From Lachnospiraceae bacterium (GTDB taxonomy: Bacteria; Bacillota; Clostridia; Lachnospirales; Lachnospiraceae), in contig JAETRD010000016.1 in the NCBI GenBank assembly GCA_021770345.1, positions 13,663-77,662 of the forward strand: a stretch of 64,000 nt of DNA, written 5' to 3'. The notes beneath the pieces are model-generated. The model saw nothing but the letters and a program-made list of their open reading frames with translations. It searched no databases and had not been told where the DNA came from. Below, piece after piece: positions 58,129-64,000 of the stretch. Numbering within the stretch: the stretch's first letter is position 1; every line of letters begins with the position of its first letter. The translations under genes were made by a program, and so were the position numbers.

Positions 58129-58496
58129 GCTTGTTCCTCCTTCATATTTCGGTTCATCATGTCGAGAATCTGCTCGTTTTCAAAACCTAATTGCTGCATC
58201 AGTGTTAAAAATTCGTGAATTTTTTCGTTTGCAAAAGATGTCTTCAATTCTTCGATCATTGTCGTGTCCTCCGTGATAAAGCGGCCGCTTGTGCGCTGGG
58301 AGTGTACCAGGCCCGTCCGCTCCAGTTCCTGAAACGCTTTCTGCATCGTGTTTGGGTTCACCGCCGCCTCTGCGGCTAAGTCCCGGACACTCGGGAGCTT
58401 GTCGCCGGGCGTGTATTTCCCGGCGATAATATCCATCTGGATGCGCTCTACAATCTGCAGGAAAATCGGTCTGTCAGAATCTAAATTCCATGGCAT
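58125..58496 (-). CDS. GntR (YtrA-subfamily) regulator
   Basis: PIFLQI, LPSVRDLA, VNPNTMQKAF; short C-terminus. Confidence 0.9.
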   Translation of the reverse strand: MPWNLDSDRPIFLQIVERIQMDIIAGKYTPGDKLPSVRDLAAEAAVNPNTMQKAFQELERTGLVHSQRTSGRFITEDTTMIEELKTSFANEKIHEFLTLMQQLGFENEQILDMMNRNMKEEQA

Positions 58497-58512
58497 ATTG
58501 TCACCTCACTTC

Positions 58513-58561
58513 TGTATTTTTGTACTAATAGAATAATACAATAGTACATGCGAAATGTCAA
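58513..58561 (-). promoter_or_regulatory. Promoter with a YtrA-type operator
   Basis: Minus strand TTGACA-17 bp-TATTAT; TGTACTA...TAATACA/TAGTACA half-sites over the -10. Confidence 0.7.
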
Positions 58562-58626
58562 TAGATAAAATAGTTTTTGTTTTTTATTGTGCTCACGGAC
58601 GCTTTCGCGTAAAATAAAAGATATAA

Positions 58627-60624
58627 ATGTCGAACAGAAAGTGTTTATGGGTGATAAGTCGGACGATGAAAATAAGAGAGACACATTTGATAAATAAGAA
58701 TCCGCAAAAGAAAGCCAGCATGAAACAGAGGGTAAATATCAGTCTGCTGATTCTGTTTGTGATAGTTGTTTTGGTTTTTACCGGAGTCAACTGGTATCTG
58801 CAGAGGAAAGCTGCAGAGACAGATATGATCTATAATTCCGGCGAATTATTCTGGCAGGTAGAGCAGGTCATAAAACAAAATGCCGGGGAGCTTGACACTG
58901 TTACGGAGGATATACGGAACACCTGCATCTTAAATGCGGGCGCGGTGGCCTATTTGCTCGAATACGCGCCGGACTTTATTGAGGATAGAGCCGAGCTGCA
59001 AAAGATTGCGCGGCTTCTCGAGATAGACGAGATACATATTTTTAATACGGACGGAGTGATCTATGCCGGCACCGAGCCGCAGTATTACGGTTATTCCGTT
59101 GATTCCGGGGAGCAGATCGGCTTTTTTGCACCGATGCTTTCCGACAGGAAGCTGTCTCTGTGTCAGGAGATTGTTCCGAATACCGCAGAGGGAAAGCCGA
59201 TGCAGTACGCCGCGGTCTGGATGGAGGACGGCAGCAACATTGTGCAGATCGGGATTTCCCCGGAACGTGTCCTCGAACAGACGCGCAGAAACGAGCTGTC
59301 TTATATTTTTTCCATGTTTACAAATAATAATGCCGATATTCTGATGGCAATCGAGGAGACCGGAGGAGTTGTGCTGGCTTCCACCGCAAAGCAGTTTGAG
59401 GGAAAGGCATCATCGAAGCTTGGAATTTCCCCGGAATGGAATACCGCCGGGGAGAAGGGATATCATCTCTCGATCGGGGACATGCGGTATTACGGTGTCT
59501 TCCAAAGGACTGGCGGCACCGTCCTCGGACATCTGTACACGGAGGAGTATCTGTACCGCAATGTGAAGGAGGGAAGCCTGCGGCTGATCTTTTATCTGAT
59601 TCTTCTGCTGGGTGCGGTTACTCTGTTTATTTCCTGGTATATCGACAGGAATATTATCGTGTCGATCAACGGCATCATCCAAAAGCTCAAAGAGATTGCG
59701 GACGGCAATTTTAACGAGCAGGTGGATATCTCTGCAACGCCCGAATTTGCGGAACTCAGTCAGTATATCAACGGCATGGTGACCGGCATTCTGGAATCGG
59801 GGCAGCAGATTTCCGCGATTCTCGACGCGACGAATCTGCCGATCGGGACCTATCAGTACGGCGGCAATACAAAGCGGGTGCTTTACACCGGGCGTCTTCC
59901 GGAGATTATGGGAATGTCGGAGCGGGAGGCAGCGGAAGTATTTGCGGACAGCAGGGCATTTGAACGGCGGATGGATGCGTTAAAGCGGAATCATGTGCAG
60001 GGGCAGAGGGATGTATACTGTATGGAGGGGAGGCATCCGCGTTATCTCAAGATCGAGACGCATCCGAAACAGGGCGGCGTCTTCGGAATCTTGCTGGATA
60101 TCACGGAGACCGTGGAAGAAAAGCTGTATCTGGAGCGGGAACTCGGGCAGGATGAGCTGACCGGGCTTCCAAACCGCAGGGCGTTCTACCTGCAGATGGA
60201 AGAACTGTTTTCGGAACCTTCCGGTCTTGAAAATGCAGCGGTGCTGATGATCGATTCGGATGATTTAAAGAAGATCAACGATAATTACGGACATGAGTAC
60301 GGCGACAGGTATCTTTGCACGATCGCAAAGACACTGGAAGAGACGACGGCTCCGAACCGTGTGATCGCCCGCTTAAGCGGTGACGAATTTGCGGTATTTT
60401 TCTACGGGGCGGCGGATCGGGAGACGCTTGACGGCTATATCCGTGAACTGAAAGCCAACAGGGATTTCGGAGAGAGGCTGTCGGAAGAAGTGCAGATAGA
60501 ACTGCGGTTTTCAGTCGGTGTCGCCGTTTACGGTGAGGACGGCTGCAGCTATAAAATGCTTTTAAAGTGCGCGGATTCCAGAATGTATGAGGAAAAACGG
60601 CGGCGCAAAAACAGAGCGGTTTAA
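58627..60624 (+). CDS. Membrane sensor diguanylate cyclase (extracytoplasmic domain, HAMP, GGDEF); start uncertain
   Basis: Two TMs, DELTGLPNRRAF, IDSDDLKKIND.YGH..GD, ARLSGDEF. Confidence 0.85.
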   Translation: MSNRKCLWVISRTMKIRETHLINKNPQKKASMKQRVNISLLILFVIVVLVFTGVNWYLQRKAAETDMIYNSGELFWQVEQVIKQNAGELDTVTEDIRNTCILNAGAVAYLLEYAPDFIEDRAELQKIARLLEIDEIHIFNTDGVIYAGTEPQYYGYSVDSGEQIGFFAPMLSDRKLSLCQEIVPNTAEGKPMQYAAVWMEDGSNIVQIGISPERVLEQTRRNELSYIFSMFTNNNADILMAIEETGGVVLASTAKQFEGKASSKLGISPEWNTAGEKGYHLSIGDMRYYGVFQRTGGTVLGHLYTEEYLYRNVKEGSLRLIFYLILLLGAVTLFISWYIDRNIIVSINGIIQKLKEIADGNFNEQVDISATPEFAELSQYINGMVTGILESGQQISAILDATNLPIGTYQYGGNTKRVLYTGRLPEIMGMSEREAAEVFADSRAFERRMDALKRNHVQGQRDVYCMEGRHPRYLKIETHPKQGGVFGILLDITETVEEKLYLERELGQDELTGLPNRRAFYLQMEELFSEPSGLENAAVLMIDSDDLKKINDNYGHEYGDRYLCTIAKTLEETTAPNRVIARLSGDEFAVFFYGAADRETLDGYIRELKANRDFGERLSEEVQIELRFSVGVAVYGEDGCSYKMLLKCADSRMYEEKRRRKNRAV

Positions 60625-60678
60625 AACCGCGGGAGACTGTGCTATAATAACGGCAGGCAGGAAAAGAGGGAAGCGAAT

Positions 60679-61293
60679 ATGGAGACAAAAACATACGATT
60701 TGTGGGCGGACGGCTACGGAAGAGAGGTACATCTGCTGGACGACGGGGATGAGTATCCGGTGGCCGGTTATGCGAAGCTTCTGGCGGATGTATATGAGAC
60801 GGTGCGCACATCCGACGCGAAAAGGGTGCTGGACATGGGATTCGGTACGGGGATACTGACCAAAAAGCTGTATGCGGACGGTTATGAGATCGCGGGAGTT
60901 GATGCGTCGGAACAGCTGGTGGCTGCGGGGCGGCAATGCATGCCGGGGGCGAAGCTGGTGGCCGCGGACTATTCGTTCGGGATGCCGCTTGACTTTGTGA
61001 ATGCGGAATTTGATATGATTATCAGTACCTATGCGTTTCATCACATTGACCGTTACGAGAAGTCGGCGCTGATTCGGGATCTGCTGCGTGTGCTTAAGGA
61101 GGGCGGCAGACTGATTATCGGCGACCTCGCGTTTGAATCGATGGAAGCGCTGAAGGCATTCCGCGGCAGCAACCGGGAAAAATGGCTCTACGATCAGCAG
61201 TATATCGTCTATTCCCAGCTGGCCGGAGAGTTTGAGAACACGGAGTGGAAGCAGATTTCCGGGTGCGCGGGGATTGTCACGATCACAAAATAA
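60679..61293 (+). CDS. Class I SAM-dependent methyltransferase
   Basis: VLDMGFGTG, GVDASEQ, YAFHH, LKEGG. Confidence 0.85.
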   Translation: METKTYDLWADGYGREVHLLDDGDEYPVAGYAKLLADVYETVRTSDAKRVLDMGFGTGILTKKLYADGYEIAGVDASEQLVAAGRQCMPGAKLVAADYSFGMPLDFVNAEFDMIISTYAFHHIDRYEKSALIRDLLRVLKEGGRLIIGDLAFESMEALKAFRGSNREKWLYDQQYIVYSQLAGEFENTEWKQISGCAGIVTITK

Positions 61294-61327
61294 TCGTTAC
61301 AAAAACAGAACTTTTTATTACAAAAAA

Positions 61328-61450
61328 TGAAGGTTCTGTTTTTTTTGCCGATATATATAGTGTCGGAACATAAAAAGCTACGGATGGCGTCGGATTTCAC
61401 GGATGGAAACGGGGGAAACTGGCGCCTTTTTTGTGGGCGTTTGACAGGGA
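61328..61450 (+). promoter_or_regulatory. Putative sigmaD/sigma28 promoter plus CsrA-type sites
   Basis: TGAA-15 bp-GCCGATAT (61347-61354); ACGGAT hexaloops in short stems at 61380 and 61399; AGGGA near the RBS. Confidence 0.55.
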
Positions 61451-61468
61451 ACGACGGGGGGAATATGA

Positions 61469-62296
61469 GTGTTACGGGTGGCAATTTGTGATGAGGATGC
61501 CGTTTTCCGGGAACGTCTTTTTCGGGAAATCAATGCGCTGGCAGACTGCGAAATACGCCAGTATGAGAGCGGAAAGGCGCTGCCGGAGAACGGACATGGA
61601 TTTGACCTTATATTTTTGGAGGTCGAGGAGGAAAAGAGGGGGGAGATAGCGGTTGCAAAAAGGCTGCGGGAATCGGGCGTGCGGGTCGTGATTGTCAGCA
61701 GCGTGACAGAATTCGCGTTTGCGGCCTACGAGGCGGAGGCGTTTCAGTATCTGTGTAAGCCGATCGGTGAGGAGCGGCTTGCGCGTCTGCTTGACCGGGT
61801 GAGTGAAAAACAGGCTGCCTGTGAGCGGGAAACGTTTCTGGTGCGCGCAAACGGCTGCCATTACACGATCGAGAAGGGAGACATTCTCTATGTCGAAAAT
61901 ATGGCGCGCAAAGTGATTCTGCACATGAAGCACGGGGAAATCGCTTACTACGCGAAAATGCGCGAGGTGGAGGAGGCGCTCGGAACATCGTTTTACCGCT
62001 GTCACAGGGGATTTCTGGTAAATCTCGATGCGGTAAAAGGTTATGAGGCCGGAAATATTTTTTTAAAAAACGGGGAGTGCATTCTGATGGCAAAACAGAA
62101 GTATAACGAGTTTGCCGAAGTTTATGCGATGTACTTAAGACGGGTGAAAAACCTGAGAAACAGAAAGCGGGGAAATGAGTATGAGAATCGGAAACAGAGC
62201 GAATATGGTAATCATGAACGCCAGGCTGAAACGGCAGTCGAGGACGCAGTCGCTGATAAAAAGAAACACGAAAAAAGTGTCGTCCGGGGGATTTAA
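61469..62296 (+). CDS. Orphan atypical LytTR response regulator (phosphoacceptor Asp replaced by Glu)
   Basis: VAICDED, DLIFLEV, YLCKP, LytTR FYRCHRGFLVN; GTG start after GGGGGGA. Confidence 0.8.
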   Translation: MLRVAICDEDAVFRERLFREINALADCEIRQYESGKALPENGHGFDLIFLEVEEEKRGEIAVAKRLRESGVRVVIVSSVTEFAFAAYEAEAFQYLCKPIGEERLARLLDRVSEKQAACERETFLVRANGCHYTIEKGDILYVENMARKVILHMKHGEIAYYAKMREVEEALGTSFYRCHRGFLVNLDAVKGYEAGNIFLKNGECILMAKQKYNEFAEVYAMYLRRVKNLRNRKRGNEYENRKQSEYGNHERQAETAVEDAVADKKKHEKSVVRGI

Positions 62297-62915
62297 ATCA
62301 AAGACGAATCAGTCGCTGCTCGCCGCGCTGAATAAAAACAGCGGCGAGAAGACAAACGGCGCGACGCTGGCAGAAAATCAGAGCAAGAGCTACGATTACG
62401 GCATTGTGGAGACTTCGGCGGAGCGGGTCGGCAGTTATCTTGCCGCGCTTGGTGAGACCGGAGAAAAGTCTGTCTATGAGAAGGAAGATGCCAAAGCGGC
62501 GGTGGAGAAGGAGCTGCAGTCATTTGTGAGCAATTACAATATTATGCTGCGCAAGTTAAAGAGCATCGGCGGGACCGTAAACAGTGCCTACGAGAAAAAG
62601 TTAAAAGATATGATCGCGGCGAAGAAGGAAGAGTTTGGGAAGTTCGGAATTTCCCAGAATGTGAACGGCACGCTTGAGTTTGATGTGAAAACATTCCGGA
62701 ATGCGGATGTTGCGGCGGCGAAGGACTTTTTTGCGGGGGAGAGCGGGATGGCGTCAAAGCTTCTCGCCCAGACAAAACAGATCGAAACTCACGCCGCAGA
62801 CCAGATTGCGGCGCTCAAGAAGAGCAGCTATGCGCTCTGCAGTAACTACAGCCGCTATGGAAGCAGCATATACGACAACGGCGTTTCCGGGTACAAATAT
62901 AATGCCAGAGGGTAA
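62175..62915 (+). CDS. Hypothetical protein with a FliD C-terminal-like segment
   Basis: FVSNYN...L.KL...FGIS.N.NGTLEFD...F..A......FAG..G resembles the FliD_C pattern; disordered Lys/Ser/Asn N-terminus. Confidence 0.55.
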   Translation: MSMRIGNRANMVIMNARLKRQSRTQSLIKRNTKKVSSGGFKSKTNQSLLAALNKNSGEKTNGATLAENQSKSYDYGIVETSAERVGSYLAALGETGEKSVYEKEDAKAAVEKELQSFVSNYNIMLRKLKSIGGTVNSAYEKKLKDMIAAKKEEFGKFGISQNVNGTLEFDVKTFRNADVAAAKDFFAGESGMASKLLAQTKQIETHAADQIAALKKSSYALCSNYSRYGSSIYDNGVSGYKYNARG

Positions 62916-62952
62916 ATGTGAAGCGGTTTCGTGCAGCGGAACCGCTTCACAT
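62916..62952. other. Intercistronic hairpin without a U-tract
   Basis: ATGTGAAGCGGTT/AACCGCTTCACAT. Confidence 0.55.
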
Positions 62953-63009
62953 CGAAGCGCGCAGACACAGCGTTTTTCCGATGACTTGTTTAGGGTTAAA
63001 GCGAAGAAA

Positions 63010-63966
63010 ATGATGGGGACAGAAAATCGGGGCAGGATGCAGCGCGACACGCTGGAAATCTCTGCGATATGGGAGGATGAGATAGTTCTCTCCGAGAACT
63101 ATGAAGATATTTCGGATAATGTGCGGAATGTCAGTGTATGGAATACGGAAGCTGTCTATGAGATTGCAAATGAGACCCTGCAGAAATATTACGAGGGCGT
63201 GTTTGATATGGTGACGGTGGGAGATCTGTTCTGCAGCTGCTATTTGAAGTGCATCGCGCAGAAGGAGTACTCCGATGCATACGGACAGACAAAGCTTGAG
63301 ATTCTCGGCACAATCTATGAGTATTTCTGCAGGGCGAACGCGAGAAAGAGCGTGGTGCAAAACGAGTCTGAGGGAAGGCGGCTTATCGAGGAGTGTGGTC
63401 TGACCTGGGCCGGCACGACTTATTATGATTCCCAATATTACTACAAGTGTATGGAGATGCAGAAAAATCTGGGGATGCTCTGTGACGAGATCTGTGACGA
63501 GTGGGGGATGAGAGGACTCGAATTCGGAGAAATCGAATCGCACAGCAGATTCCGGCCGGTGGGAGGCATGCGGTTTCACGGGGTGTTTGTCTGGGCGCAG
63601 ATGAAGGATAATTACCCCTGCAATCAATACGGGCTCAAGGATGAGCGCATGGAACCGCCGGAGCACTTTGTCTATCTGTATCGGAATCATCTGAAAGAGG
63701 AGGAGAGGGGAGCGGTAGAACGGCTCGGAGCCCGTATGAAGGAACGGCTCCGAAAGGCTGTGCCCGGGGAGGAACACTGCCTGTGGCGAAGCTTTCTCTT
63801 GAGCGGGGACCGAAATTATCACAACGGTATGAGTTATCTGCTCGAGGGAAACATCCAGGACGCACGGGACGAGAAGCTGTACTGTGACGCCATGGATTTC
63901 CTCGCAAATTTCAGGCTGTACCGGGTAAACGGGTGTGTGGAATATCTGCACGCCTGCAGTTTATGA
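63010..63966 (+). CDS. Hypothetical protein (Cys/Tyr-rich)
   Basis: Long ORF with natural composition; start uncertain; no recognised domain. Confidence 0.7.
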   Translation: MMGTENRGRMQRDTLEISAIWEDEIVLSENYEDISDNVRNVSVWNTEAVYEIANETLQKYYEGVFDMVTVGDLFCSCYLKCIAQKEYSDAYGQTKLEILGTIYEYFCRANARKSVVQNESEGRRLIEECGLTWAGTTYYDSQYYYKCMEMQKNLGMLCDEICDEWGMRGLEFGEIESHSRFRPVGGMRFHGVFVWAQMKDNYPCNQYGLKDERMEPPEHFVYLYRNHLKEEERGAVERLGARMKERLRKAVPGEEHCLWRSFLLSGDRNYHNGMSYLLEGNIQDARDEKLYCDAMDFLANFRLYRVNGCVEYLHACSL

Positions 63967-64000
63967 ATGCACATCCGGCAGCAGGCAGCGCAGAAGTCTG

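Noticed and set aside
1-64000. tRNA, rRNA, tmRNA, integrase, intact IS or prophage genes
   Set aside because: No matching motifs or ORFs seen by eye; tRNAscan-SE, Infernal and ISEScan would be needed to exclude them formally.

Overview
Chromosomal core and accessory region of a spore-forming Clostridia-class Firmicute, most likely Lachnospiraceae (inferred from spoIVA with a sigmaE promoter, rpsU, alaS, a T-box and the gene repertoire). It holds about 55 protein genes. Glycan and sugar use: GH85 + manA, GH2, a membrane-anchored GH3, a sugar ABC/LacI/malQ cluster, and a 2x Gfo/Idh/MocA + 2x TIM-barrel isomerase + AraC cluster. Metal and cofactor genes: larBC, a His-rich CobW pair, and BirA-controlled bioY + DUF1284. 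Also purine salvage, a Trp T-box ABC transporter, NfnAB, a GntR/ABC unit and a diguanylate cyclase. I found no rRNA, tRNA, CRISPR array or intact transposase. The ORF track missed three genes: rpsU and two small proteins. There are two pseudogenes (an Rpn/PD-(D/E)XK gene with an internal deletion and a frameshifted AttH/lipocalin gene) and a TetR gene with a compensating double frameshift in an AT-rich islet. Several REP-like palindromic intergenic elements occur, one family in two copies. The leading novelty candidate is a pair of uncharacterised loci (27.2-27.9 kb and 61.3-64 kb). Each has a sigmaD/sigma28-type GCCGATAT box followed by CsrA-type GGA-loop hairpins. The second encodes an orphan LytTR regulator with Asp-to-Glu at the phosphoacceptor, a FliD-C-like protein and an unknown protein, so it may be an undescribed late-flagellar-regulon module. 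This is an inference that needs testing.
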